Part shown: positions 32,263 through 41,765 of the stretch, piece after piece
Numbering within the stretch: position 1 is the first letter of the stretch
Layout: the number at the start of each line of letters is the position of its first letter
Assembly (NCBI GenBank): GCA_963666975.2
Contig: CAXVYR010000003.1
Coordinates: forward strand, 800,001 to 864,000
DNA: 64,000 nt
Origin: Terriglobia bacterium
GTDB lineage: Bacteria > Acidobacteriota > Terriglobia > 2-12-FULL-54-10
Reading direction: 5' to 3'
Notes under the pieces: model-generated
What the model saw: only the letters and a program-made list of their open reading frames with translations
What the model was told of the DNA's origin: nothing
The model's database searches: none
Made by a program: the position numbers and the translations under genes

Positions 32263-32583
32263 ATGGCGGAAAATGCGGAATATCAAGATCGAACCTTGAA
32301 GTGCGTGGACTGCGGTGAGGATTTCGTCTTCACGGCAGGAGAACAGACTTTCTTCGCCGATAAGCATTTCCGGAATGATCCGAAGCGGTGCAAGACCTGC
32401 AAGGCGAAGCGGAATCAATCGGCATCGGGCGGCGGCCAGCGGGCGGAGACCACTACGGTCTGTTCGCAATGCGGGAAAGAAACTACAGTGCCCTTCCGGC
32501 CAACACAGGGCCGGCCGGTTTTTTGCAGGGAGTGTTTCCAGCAACATCGGGTGGCATCCGCTTCGGCCGGGCAGATCCAATAA
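32263..32583 (+). CDS. Zinc-ribbon + CxxC-x17-CxxC domain protein
   Basis: CVDC..F.FTAGEQ.FF, PKRCKTC and CSQC...VPFRP...PVFCREC motifs. Confidence 0.9.
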   Translation: MAENAEYQDRTLKCVDCGEDFVFTAGEQTFFADKHFRNDPKRCKTCKAKRNQSASGGGQRAETTTVCSQCGKETTVPFRPTQGRPVFCRECFQQHRVASASAGQIQ

Positions 32584-32739
32584 TTGATTGAGCACGTCGC
32601 TACGTCTCGTTCCCTCCCCTGTGGGTTTATGTATCGGGATGGCGGGTGCATTGTGTGCCCGAAGCGCCTGTTGCGCATTTTTTCGCACCTTCCTCAATAA
32701 TTCCCTGCAATTCTCTGCTCGGTTCATTCAAGCTAAGGG

Positions 32740-34182
32740 ATGCCCAGTTTTCATACCATCAACTACGGATGCCGCGCCAATCAGGCGGACGGAGCCGCGC
32801 TGGAAAAGGATCTCTCCAACCGCGGCTTCCAAGCCGTCAGCGACCGTTCCCGCGCGGACATCGTAGTCGTGAATAGCTGTACCGTGACGGCTGCCGCTGA
32901 CTATGACGTGCGGAAGACGGTGCGAAGGATTCAGCGCGAAAACCCTGCGGCACAAATCCTGGTGACCGGCTGTTATGCCCAGCGCAGCCCGCAGGAGTTG
33001 GCCGCTTTGCCCGGCGTCCAATGGATCATGGGCAATTCCCATAAAACAAAGATCGGGCCCATTCTCTCCCGCGAATTCCCTTCCGCCAGCCCGGATCATC
33101 ATTTCCTGCCCTTGCAAGCGCTGAATGCTCCCGCTTTGGAGGGTGAATCCGGATTGAACGATGACCTCCAAAAGCTGGGGACCACGGCTCCTGCCAGCAC
33201 CCCCTTCGCCCCAAAGATTTTTGCCGGTGATATCCAGTCGCAGTACCAGCTTCTGATGGCCCCCGTCTTCGGCGCCGCCGGGGAGCGGACCCGTCCCAAC
33301 CTGAAGCTTCAGGATGGCTGTAACAATCGCTGCTCATTTTGCATTATCCCCTCCGTGCGCGGACGCAGCCGCAGCCTGCCGCTCACAGCCGTCCTGGAGC
33401 ATGTCGGCTCGCTCTGCAAGGCTGGCTACCGGGAGGTGGTCCTTTCGGGCATTAACCTGGGCCGCTACGGACGCGACCTGCCGGGAAACCACGGCTTGCG
33501 TCAAATGGTTCGCACCATCCTGGATGAAACTCCCGTCGAGCGGCTGCGGCTAAGCTCTGTGGAGCCGATGGATTTCAGCAACGCGCTGCTCGACCTGATG
33601 GCATCCTCTCCCCGCATTGCCAAACACGTCCACGCTCCGTTGCAGAGCGGCTCGGACCGAATCCTGCGGCTGATGTACCGCAAATACCATCCGCACAACT
33701 ATCGGGACCGTATCCTGGCCGCTTATCAGTTCATGCCGAACGCCGCCTTTGGCGCCGACGTAATGGTGGGATTTCCGGGCGAGTCGGAAGAGGACTTTGA
33801 ACTAACGCGCAGCTTTATCGACTCCCTTCCCTTTACCTATCTGCACGTCTTTCCCTTTTCCCGGCGTCCCGGCACGCTGGCCGACAAAATGGCCGGTCAG
33901 GTCAACGGCGCCCTCATACGGAAGCGGGGCCGCATCCTGCGCGAGTTGGCGGCGGAAAAGAATTGCCAGTTTCGGCAACGGCAGGCAGGCCGAACCCTTT
34001 CGGCAATCACCCTGGGGGAGGAGACTCCCGGCGGCACCATCGCGCTGAGCGATAATTACCTGAAGGTATTGATTGCGGGCAAGCGGTTAGCTGCGAACAG
34101 AATCGTTTCTGTCAGAATTTCCGGCCTGACTGCGGATGGCTTGCTAGGCGAGTTGGAACCAGCCGAACCTTCCCGGACTTAA
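32740..34182 (+). CDS. mtaB: tRNA methylthiotransferase MtaB
   Basis: GCRANQAD, NSCTVT, TGCYAQ and radical SAM CNNRCSFC motifs. Confidence 0.9.
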   Translation: MPSFHTINYGCRANQADGAALEKDLSNRGFQAVSDRSRADIVVVNSCTVTAAADYDVRKTVRRIQRENPAAQILVTGCYAQRSPQELAALPGVQWIMGNSHKTKIGPILSREFPSASPDHHFLPLQALNAPALEGESGLNDDLQKLGTTAPASTPFAPKIFAGDIQSQYQLLMAPVFGAAGERTRPNLKLQDGCNNRCSFCIIPSVRGRSRSLPLTAVLEHVGSLCKAGYREVVLSGINLGRYGRDLPGNHGLRQMVRTILDETPVERLRLSSVEPMDFSNALLDLMASSPRIAKHVHAPLQSGSDRILRLMYRKYHPHNYRDRILAAYQFMPNAAFGADVMVGFPGESEEDFELTRSFIDSLPFTYLHVFPFSRRPGTLADKMAGQVNGALIRKRGRILRELAAEKNCQFRQRQAGRTLSAITLGEETPGGTIALSDNYLKVLIAGKRLAANRIVSVRISGLTADGLLGELEPAEPSRT

Positions 34183-34218
34183 CCCTTCCAGGATTTAACC
34201 CTTCCAGGACTTAACCCT
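34169..34218. repeat. 16-bp tandem repeat x3 spanning the convergent mtaB/acpS stops
   Basis: CTTCC(C/A)GGA(C/T)TTAACC x3. Confidence 0.9.
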
Positions 34219-34606
34219 CTGCCGGACTTTTTCCTTCGATCATTACTTCCGCCAGAGCAATAGTGCGGGTGTGGGTGATGGAGAGAACGATATGGGCACC
34301 GCCCATGCCCTGGAAGACTTCCAGAGCCCGGCCGGAGAGCTTCAGGATCGGTTTTCCCCCTTTCCTATTGGCGATCTCCATGTCACGCCATGTGATGCCG
34401 CGCCGTAATCCGGTCCCCAGGGCTTTCATAGTCGCTTCCTTGGCTGCAAAGCGGGCGGCAAAACGCTCGTAGGAATTGCGGCGGCTCCGGCAATAGGCGA
34501 TTTCAGTTTGTGTGAACACACGGTTCAGGAACCGCTCGCCGTGGCGCTCCACGGCAGCCTTTATCCGCGAAACCTCCGCAATGTCCACGCCCAAGCCAAG
34601 GATCAT
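34211..34606 (-). CDS. acpS: Holo-ACP synthase
   Basis: GLGVDIAE, AARFAAKEA.MKALGTG and LSITH motifs. Confidence 0.95.
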   Translation of the reverse strand: MILGLGVDIAEVSRIKAAVERHGERFLNRVFTQTEIAYCRSRRNSYERFAARFAAKEATMKALGTGLRRGITWRDMEIANRKGGKPILKLSGRALEVFQGMGGAHIVLSITHTRTIALAEVMIEGKSPAEG

Positions 34607-34640
34607 AAAAGGCTGCCGTGCCCTCACTAACCGCCTGAAT

Positions 34641-34669
34641 CTGTGCCTAACCGAAACTGACCCGCTACC
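34641..34669. repeat. Solo end of the 41500-41695 MITE-like element
   Basis: CTGTGCCTAAC.GAAACTGACCCGCTACC matches 41667-41695. Confidence 0.75.
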
Positions 34670-34779
34670 CGCTTCTTTGACGGCTGCTCCGGCCAAAGTA
34701 TACCATTTAGGTGGAGCGGGGCATGGTATGTGGAATATCCGCCGCGTTTGCCCCGCCCGGTAACGAAAGGTCTCTGCAG

Positions 34780-35709
34780 ATGCTGCTTCAAGTTCCCCGA
34801 TTGGCTCGACTGCCATGGCTCGTCCACGGCTTCAGCACACGGCGCGGAGGCGTAAGCCGCCTGCCTAACTCCCGAACAGGTTCCGCTCCCGGCAAAGAGT
34901 TGAACCTCGCAAAGATCATAGGAGACAGTGCGCGGAACGTAGCCGAAAACCGGCGGCGGCTGATGGTCCGGCTCCGGGCAAAAAAAATGCAACTCGTGAC
35001 ACAGCGGCAGGTCCATTCGGATTTGATCCACGTAGTGAACTCTTCTCTTCCCTCAGATTTTCCCTCGGCAGGCGACGGATTGCTGACGGACCGCGCCGGG
35101 CTGTTGCTCTCGGTAGTGGTGGCCGACTGCCTGCCGATTCTGTTAGTCGACACAAAACAGCGAGTGGTCGCGGCGCTCCACTGCGGCTGGAGAGGAACGG
35201 TGCGGCGCATCGCACAAAAGGGCGTGGGACTGATGAAACAAACCTACGGCTCGCGCGAGCGGGACCTGCGGGCCGCCATCGGGCCGGGCATCCGGGTCTG
35301 CTGCTACAGGGTCGGCGAGGAGGTGCGGGATGAGTTTGAAGGACAGTTTTCCTACGCCTCGCAGCTTTTTGTGATTTGCAAGGAACCGAGCCCCTTGCAA
35401 ATAAGGTATCCGCTTCTTTTCCACTACAACCCGGAGTCGCACGCCGCCTTTGACAATCCGTTGTATCTCGACTTGGTACAGGCCAACATTCTTCAGCTCC
35501 GGGAGGCCGGTGTTCCTGCCACCCACATTTACGCCGACGCCCCCTGCACCAGTTGCAACCCGCAGTTGTTTTTTTCCCACCGCCGCGACGCCGGGCAAAC
35601 GAACCGCCCAACAGGCCGAATGATGGGGGTGGTGGGCATCCGGGACATGCCGGCACGCAAAGCAATATCTGCCCGGGAGAAAAGTTGGAGCATCATAGTT
35701 TGTCTATAG
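34780..35709 (+). CDS. pgeF: YfiH/PgeF family protein
   Basis: HGFSTR.GGVS, QVHS, ADCLPI, HCGWRG, IGPGI..CCY.V and FFSHRR motifs; start uncertain. Confidence 0.9.
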   Translation: MLLQVPRLARLPWLVHGFSTRRGGVSRLPNSRTGSAPGKELNLAKIIGDSARNVAENRRRLMVRLRAKKMQLVTQRQVHSDLIHVVNSSLPSDFPSAGDGLLTDRAGLLLSVVVADCLPILLVDTKQRVVAALHCGWRGTVRRIAQKGVGLMKQTYGSRERDLRAAIGPGIRVCCYRVGEEVRDEFEGQFSYASQLFVICKEPSPLQIRYPLLFHYNPESHAAFDNPLYLDLVQANILQLREAGVPATHIYADAPCTSCNPQLFFSHRRDAGQTNRPTGRMMGVVGIRDMPARKAISAREKSWSIIVCL

Positions 35710-35715
35710 TGTTCG

Positions 35716-35880
35716 TGTATAGTCAGAGCCGCGCGCGTCTGTCCCGCCTGCCCTGAGCGAAGCCGAGGGATCAGCATACGGTCTCCGAATACCCGGTGAA
35801 CAAGTAAAGCTTGGTTGACCGCTCCCTCGCGGTCGCGGCTCGGATGACTCACCAACAACACGCTTTACAGCAACTCTGAA
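35716..35880. repeat. Dispersed composite REP-like element (copy B, with an extra REP inside)
   Basis: Homologous to 22485-22625. Confidence 0.8.
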
Positions 35881-35899
35881 GGTCTAGTTTGTGGTGAAA

Positions 35900-36445
35900 T
35901 TAGAACAGGTTGTCAATCTTGATCTGAAAACCAGACAGCAGGTGGCTCTCGAAGGTGTCGCCGGAAGCAAACTGCCGGGCGAGTTGAAGGCCTTCCCCGC
36001 TCCGCCGGTAGAGTTCCATGGTCCGTGTCTCCGGGTCCGCAATCCAGTATTCCTGAACGCCGAACTGCGAGTACACGGCCAGCTTCCGTCTGCGGTCCTT
36101 ATCGGCGGTGCTTGGAGAAAGAACCTCCACCAACAGGTCGGGAGCGCCTTCGATTCTTTCTTTCGCCACTTCGCTGACCCGCTCCTTGCTCACAAACAGA
36201 ATATCCGGCTGCAGCACCGTATACTGGTTGAAGATGGTGTCCAGCGGCGCAATGTAAACCTTGCCAAGCGATTTCTGCTCCACATAGGCCAATAGCCAAG
36301 CATAGAGTTTCCCGACAATCTCCTGATGGTGCGCTGTAGGCGAAGGCGTCATAACCAATTCTCCGTCGAAGAGCTCGTACTGGTTCCGGTCCTCGGGCAG
36401 GAGGCAATACTCGTCGTAGGTCATCTTTGTGGCGGAGGATTTCAT
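35900..36445 (-). CDS. Uma2 family endonuclease
   Basis: YELFDGEL..TPSP...HQ, QPDI, APDLLVEVLSPST.D..K...Y...GV.EYW motifs. Confidence 0.92.
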   Translation of the reverse strand: MKSSATKMTYDEYCLLPEDRNQYELFDGELVMTPSPTAHHQEIVGKLYAWLLAYVEQKSLGKVYIAPLDTIFNQYTVLQPDILFVSKERVSEVAKERIEGAPDLLVEVLSPSTADKDRRRKLAVYSQFGVQEYWIADPETRTMELYRRSGEGLQLARQFASGDTFESHLLSGFQIKIDNLF

Positions 36446-36512
36446 GAAACCAATTGTAGCATGGCGGAACGCAAGTCGATTGGGCTGAGCTTCTTTTGAA
36501 CTGCCAGGAACG

Positions 36513-37547
36513 CTAGACCTCGGCAAGCTTCAACTGCCCACAGGCGGCGAAGATATCCCGGCCACGCGGCTTGCGGATGTAGGCGGGCACTCCCTTACGA
36601 ATCAGTATCTGCTGAAAGCGGACAATCAGTTCATCCGGAGGTGTCTTGAACGGCAGTTCCGGACCTGGATTCATGCCGATCAGATTTACCTTGCAGGAGA
36701 TTCCCTGCACCAGCCGGCACAGACGCCTGGCATCGTCTGTGGTGTCGTTGACTCCCGCAAGCAGGACGTACTCAAACGTCAATTTCTCCCTGGCGCGCAG
36801 TGGAAACTCGCGGCAAGCCCGCAGCAACTCCTGAAGCGGCCATTTCCGGTTGATCGGTATGAGGCTGTCTCGCATCACATCGGTCGTGGCGCTCAGGGAG
36901 ACGGCAAGTTGTGGGCGGACTCTCTCCATACCAAGTTTCTCGATACCGGGAACAATACCGGAGGTGGAAAGCGTCATCCGCCGGGTGGAAAGGCCTATAC
37001 CTTCCGTGTCCGACAGTAACCGCACTGCCTCCAGCGTATTCTCATAGTTCAAAAGCGGTTCGCCCATCCCCATGAAAACCAGGTTCAGCCGTTCTGTTGA
37101 CCGGGAAGCATTCTTCTCGGTTAGCAGCAACACTTGGCCGGCAATCTCTCCCGGCGTCAAGTTCCGGCTGAAGCCCATCAACCCCGTCAGGCAAAATTGG
37201 CAGTCCACCGCGCATCCAACCTGGGTGGAGAGACAGATCGTCGTCCGCGCCGGCTCGGGCATCCGCACCGCTTCAATCCGGCTGCCATCGGCTAGCCGCA
37301 GCAGATAGCGGGAGGTTCCATCGGCGCTTTGGAACTTTTTCTCCAACTGCGGCAGAGTAGCTTGAAACTCGTGAGCCAATCGCTCCCGCAAAGCGGCCGG
37401 AAGGGGCAATATCTTTTTCATGTCCCATTGCTGCTCGTGATAGAGGGCGTGATAAAGCTGGCGGCCCCGGTAAGGCGGCTCACCTATGGCAGTCAAGAGT
37501 TGCTGCATCTGCTGTGCGGAGAGACCGATTAGTTCTTTCTTTGGCAT
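36513..37547 (-). CDS. rlmN: 23S rRNA (A2503-C2) methyltransferase
   Basis: CLSTQVGCAVDCQFC, MGMGEPL and DIFAACGQL motifs. Confidence 0.95.
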   Translation of the reverse strand: MPKKELIGLSAQQMQQLLTAIGEPPYRGRQLYHALYHEQQWDMKKILPLPAALRERLAHEFQATLPQLEKKFQSADGTSRYLLRLADGSRIEAVRMPEPARTTICLSTQVGCAVDCQFCLTGLMGFSRNLTPGEIAGQVLLLTEKNASRSTERLNLVFMGMGEPLLNYENTLEAVRLLSDTEGIGLSTRRMTLSTSGIVPGIEKLGMERVRPQLAVSLSATTDVMRDSLIPINRKWPLQELLRACREFPLRAREKLTFEYVLLAGVNDTTDDARRLCRLVQGISCKVNLIGMNPGPELPFKTPPDELIVRFQQILIRKGVPAYIRKPRGRDIFAACGQLKLAEV

Positions 37548-37868
37548 ATAAATCCCGCTTTTGATTCTAACAGATGCCGGAACCTGCGACCGGCAGAAGC
37601 CGCCCGGCCAATTTTCTGCATCTCATGAATATGCGTATAGGAGTTTTGATCCGGGAGGCTGAAATTAAGAAAATCCACATAACTCATTGCAAACAAAATG
37701 ATTAAATCTCTGTAGATTTACTGGTATTTGCAGGTATGGGTGGGAGATAATAGTATTGTAGGGTTGGACCTGGAAGCGCACCACTGGAAGCGCACCAGAA
37801 GTTACTTCCTGGCGGAACAGTATCCCAGCCTACTCCCTGATTGAAGACCCCCCATCGGAGACAATGCT

Positions 37869-39134
37869 ATGCGAAATATTCAGAAAGCAATCCTTCCCAA
37901 CGGCCTGGCCGTTCTCACCGAGTCCATGCCCCATGTGCGTTCCGTCTCCGTGGGCATCTGGCTCGGCACAGGTTCGCGCCAGGAGCAGCCGGAGAGAAAC
38001 GGCATTTCCCATTTTATCGAGCACATGGTCTTCAAGGGAACCAAAACCCGGACAGCCGAGCAGATTGCTCGTTCGGTGGATTCGATTGGCGGGCACATGG
38101 ATGCCTTTACCGCCAAGGAATGCGTCAGCTTCAACGCCGTTGTTCTGGATGATCAACTGGAGACGGCATTTGATGTTCTGAGCGACTTGGTGCTGCATCC
38201 CCTTTTCCAGCAAGAAGAAATCAGCCGGGAACGCGGCGTGATCCTCGAAGAGATCAAATCGGAACAAGACAACCCGGACTATCTGCTGCACGAGATTTTT
38301 ACGCAGAATTTCTGGAAAGGACATGCTATCGGCAAGCCCATCCTGGGCACTCGGGAAACCGTCGGCCGGTTGAAGCAAGATGTGATCCAGGAACAGTTTG
38401 CGCGGATTTACAGGCCGAACAACATGGTCATTTCCGCTGCCGGACATCTGGAGCATTCCCATCTGCTGCAATTGGCCGAGCAACGCTTTCATTCCTTAAA
38501 GAAACAGGAGATGCAACTGCCGGACTCGCAACCGGCTACCCATTCCCGGATCACCTTGCGCAATAAAAAATCCCTGGAGCAGGTGCATCTCTGCTTGGGG
38601 GTACCCTCCTATCCCATGTCGCACGATGGCCGGTATGCGTGCTATGTATTGAACACGCTTCTCGGCGGCGGCATGAGTTCCCGCCTGTTCCAAAACATCC
38701 GCGAAAGACAGGGCCTCGCCTACTCGGTGTTCTCCGATCTGGTCCCTTATAAAGACACAGGATGTCTTTTCGTCTACGCCGGCACCTCTCCGGAAACGGC
38801 CGCACAGGTAGTCCGCAGCATCGTGCAGGAATTCCGGGAGTTGAAAGAAAACGCCGTCGATCCGGAAGAACTGCGCCGTGCCAAGGACCATCTCAAGGGA
38901 AGCCTGATGCTGGGCCTGGAATCCACCGGCAGCCGCATGTACAGCTTGGCCCGCCAGTATATGAATTTCGGCAAGTTCTTCACTCTGGATGAAATTATTG
39001 CTAAGATCGAAGCCGTCACCGCCGAGGATCTGACCCGGATCGCCCGGATGTTTTTCCGGACCGATGACATTGCCCTTACCGTTCTCGGCAGGCTGGATGG
39101 ACTCAAGATCGACAGGGAGATGCTGGTCTGCTAA
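37869..39134 (+). CDS. M16 (pitrilysin) family zinc peptidase
   Basis: HFIEH and GGGMSSRLFQ.IRE..GLAY motifs. Confidence 0.93.
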   Translation: MRNIQKAILPNGLAVLTESMPHVRSVSVGIWLGTGSRQEQPERNGISHFIEHMVFKGTKTRTAEQIARSVDSIGGHMDAFTAKECVSFNAVVLDDQLETAFDVLSDLVLHPLFQQEEISRERGVILEEIKSEQDNPDYLLHEIFTQNFWKGHAIGKPILGTRETVGRLKQDVIQEQFARIYRPNNMVISAAGHLEHSHLLQLAEQRFHSLKKQEMQLPDSQPATHSRITLRNKKSLEQVHLCLGVPSYPMSHDGRYACYVLNTLLGGGMSSRLFQNIRERQGLAYSVFSDLVPYKDTGCLFVYAGTSPETAAQVVRSIVQEFRELKENAVDPEELRRAKDHLKGSLMLGLESTGSRMYSLARQYMNFGKFFTLDEIIAKIEAVTAEDLTRIARMFFRTDDIALTVLGRLDGLKIDREMLVC

Positions 39135-39332
39135 GTTTGGAGGCGTCTCCGAACTTCCGCCAGCAGCTTCCGATTGTTTTGACGACTAGCCGGTCGAGTC
39201 CTGCGCGGTGTTCCGTCCGGGGTCTCTGCCGGTCGCAGAGGAAACCGCTTGTCGCTTTGTCCATGAACGATCCATGAGGGTTTTTCTCGGTAATCTTTCC
39301 GAGGTCGGTTAGGAGGAGCCATTAGCATTCGC

Positions 39333-40097
39333 ATGGCCGTGCTGGGAAGCGGCAGTTCCGGCAATTGCACTTTCCTGGCGACAGAGCGTGTCAAGGTCTT
39401 GATCGACGCCGGACTCAGCGGACGGGATACCTTACGGCGGCTGGCTTCTATCGGTGAGAAACCGGAATCTCTCCAGGCAATTCTGGTTACCCACGAGCAC
39501 TCGGACCACATCAGCGGCTTAGCCCGTTTGGCGAGCCATTACAAGATTCCGGTTTACATTTCTACCCAAACGCAGGCCGTGCTGCCGCCGCGAGTGAAAC
39601 TCCCGGCGGTCGAAACCATCCAGGCCGGCAAGCAATTCGAGATCGGCGACCTCACCATCGAGCCATTCACCATTCCCCACGACGCCGCTGATCCGGTCGC
39701 TTTCCGTCTCACCGCGGACGGGATACGCGTAGCGGTGGTGACCGATCTGGGCTACATCCCGGAGAACGTGAAATACTATCTCCGTAGCTGCCATTGTCTG
39801 GTCATGGAAGCCAACCACGACCTGGAAATGCTCCGCAACGGCCCCTACCCATGGTTCGTCAAGCAGCGGGTGATGAGCCGGGACGGCCATCTTTCGAATC
39901 ACGCGCTCAGCGACTTCCTGAGCAACGACTTTGACGGCGCCGCGCAGGTGCTGGTGCTGGCCCACTTGAGCGAATGCAACAATCACCCGGAGATCGCGCG
40001 CATGGCGGCGACCTCGGCGCTGGAGGCGCAAAACGGCCGCGAGACCAAGCTGGCCGTCAGCTCGCAGCAACAGCCGACCGCGATGTTCCGGTTTTGA
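39333..40097 (+). CDS. MBL-fold metallo-hydrolase (YycJ/WalJ-like)
   Basis: LGSGSSGN, THEHSDH, PHDA, EANHD, GHLSN and LAHLS..NN motifs. Confidence 0.9.
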   Translation: MAVLGSGSSGNCTFLATERVKVLIDAGLSGRDTLRRLASIGEKPESLQAILVTHEHSDHISGLARLASHYKIPVYISTQTQAVLPPRVKLPAVETIQAGKQFEIGDLTIEPFTIPHDAADPVAFRLTADGIRVAVVTDLGYIPENVKYYLRSCHCLVMEANHDLEMLRNGPYPWFVKQRVMSRDGHLSNHALSDFLSNDFDGAAQVLVLAHLSECNNHPEIARMAATSALEAQNGRETKLAVSSQQQPTAMFRF

Positions 40098-40107
40098 GGA
40101 ATCCCCA

Positions 40108-41424
40108 TTGATCGATCGCTACACACGCCCGCCGATGGCCCAAATCTGGGCGGAGGAGAATAAGTTCCGCAAGTGGCTGGAGGTGGAGCTTGCCGCAGCG
40201 GATGTTCTGGCCGAGCACGGAGAAATTCCCGCCGAGGCGGCCCGCACCATGCGCCAGGGCGCGCGGTTTGAGCTGAAACGCATCGAAGAGATCGAGGCCG
40301 AGGTAAAACACGACGTAGTGGCCTTCACCACGGCAGTGGCGGAAAATCTGGGCCCGGAGTCCCGCTACCTGCACTTCGGCCTGACCTCGAACGACGTGGT
40401 GGACACGGCGCAGGCGCTCCGTGTGCAAAGCGCCTCCCAACTCATCCTCGAAGGTCTTCGCAAATTGGGAGAGGTCCTGCAGCGGCGCGCGCTGGAGTTC
40501 AAAGATACCGTCATGGTGGGCCGTACCCACGGCGTTCACGCCGAACCGATTACTTTCGGCTTGAAGCTCGCCAACTGGTATTCGGAAAACTCCCGCAACT
40601 TGGCCCGCATGGAGCGCGCGGCTGAGGAGATGGCGGTGGGGAAAATCTCCGGCGCGGTGGGCACCTTTGCGCACGTAGGACCGGAGATCGAAACCGCCAT
40701 CTGCCGGAAGCTGGGGCTGCGTCCGGCGGCGATCTCCAGCCAGGTGATCCAGCGCGACCGTCACGCCCATTACTTGGCGACACTGGCTGTGCTGGCATCG
40801 TCGCTGGATAAGATCGCCACCGAGATTCGTTCGCTCCAGCGCACCGAGGTCCGCGAGGCGGAAGAGTACTTCGGAGGCTCGCAAAAAGGCTCCTCAGCGA
40901 TGCCGCACAAGCGGAATCCGGTCGGCTGCGAGCAGATCAGCGGCTTGGCACGCGTGGTGAGGTCCAATGCACAGGCGGCGTTTGAAAACGTGGCGCTGTG
41001 GCACGAGCGCGATATCTCCCACTCCTCGGTGGAGCGCGTCATCCTGCCCGACAGCACCATCCTGGCGGACTACCTGCTCGACCGCACCTGCCGGATCGTG
41101 GAAAAGCTGCGAGTTTACCCCGAGCGGATGCGGGCCAACCTGGAAATGACGCGCGGCCTGGTCTTCTCCGGCCAGTTGCTGCTGGACCTGGCAGCCAAAG
41201 GCGTCTTGCGGGAAGAGGCATATCTCTGGGTACAGCGCAACGCCATGCGCGCCTGGGAAAACGGAGACGACTTCCGCAAGCTGGTGGAGGCAGACGCCGA
41301 TATCTCCCGCGCGCTTTCCTCCGGAGAAATCGCAGCGTCGTTTGATCTGCGCCGCCACCTCCGCCACGTGGACGCCATCTTCGCCAGGGTGTTTGCAAAA
41401 CAGAGCCCGACGCAGAGCTTCTGA
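40108..41424 (+). CDS. purB: Adenylosuccinate lyase
   Basis: HDVVAF, GRTHG and GSSAMPHKRNP motifs. Confidence 0.97.
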   Translation: MIDRYTRPPMAQIWAEENKFRKWLEVELAAADVLAEHGEIPAEAARTMRQGARFELKRIEEIEAEVKHDVVAFTTAVAENLGPESRYLHFGLTSNDVVDTAQALRVQSASQLILEGLRKLGEVLQRRALEFKDTVMVGRTHGVHAEPITFGLKLANWYSENSRNLARMERAAEEMAVGKISGAVGTFAHVGPEIETAICRKLGLRPAAISSQVIQRDRHAHYLATLAVLASSLDKIATEIRSLQRTEVREAEEYFGGSQKGSSAMPHKRNPVGCEQISGLARVVRSNAQAAFENVALWHERDISHSSVERVILPDSTILADYLLDRTCRIVEKLRVYPERMRANLEMTRGLVFSGQLLLDLAAKGVLREEAYLWVQRNAMRAWENGDDFRKLVEADADISRALSSGEIAASFDLRRHLRHVDAIFARVFAKQSPTQSF

Positions 41425-41499
41425 GGATCATGGCGTGCTGTTTTCCCTGCTCCGCCTGTTTTACTCCTGTACCCGTGCCAAGAAACCAACGATGAAAAA

Positions 41500-41695
41500 G
41501 TAGTGGGTCAATTTCCATGTCAGGGCACGGTTTTAACCGTGCCGATCACGAGGCACCGAAGAGCGGCTTTAGCCGCTGAGGTTGATTTCCCTCAGGGGCT
41601 AAAGCCCTTCTGGTAACGGCTATCTAACGGCACGGTTAAAACCGTGCCCTGACAAATCGTGTGACGCTGTGCCTAACGGAAACTGACCCGCTACC
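41500..41695. mobile_element. MITE-like shell containing an inverted REP doublet (REPIN-like)
   Basis: Outer GTAGTGGGTCAATTTC / GAAACTGACCCGCTAC; inner perfect IR TGTCAGGGCACGGTTTTAACCGTGCCG (41518-41544) / 41628-41654; GCGGCTTTAGCCGC and GGGCTAAAGCCC hairpins. Confidence 0.75.
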
Positions 41696-41765
41696 GGTTC
41701 AAAGATTCAGATGACACCGAACCTTTTTTTTACTAAAATTTCATAATAAGTCTTTTGGTGATTGT

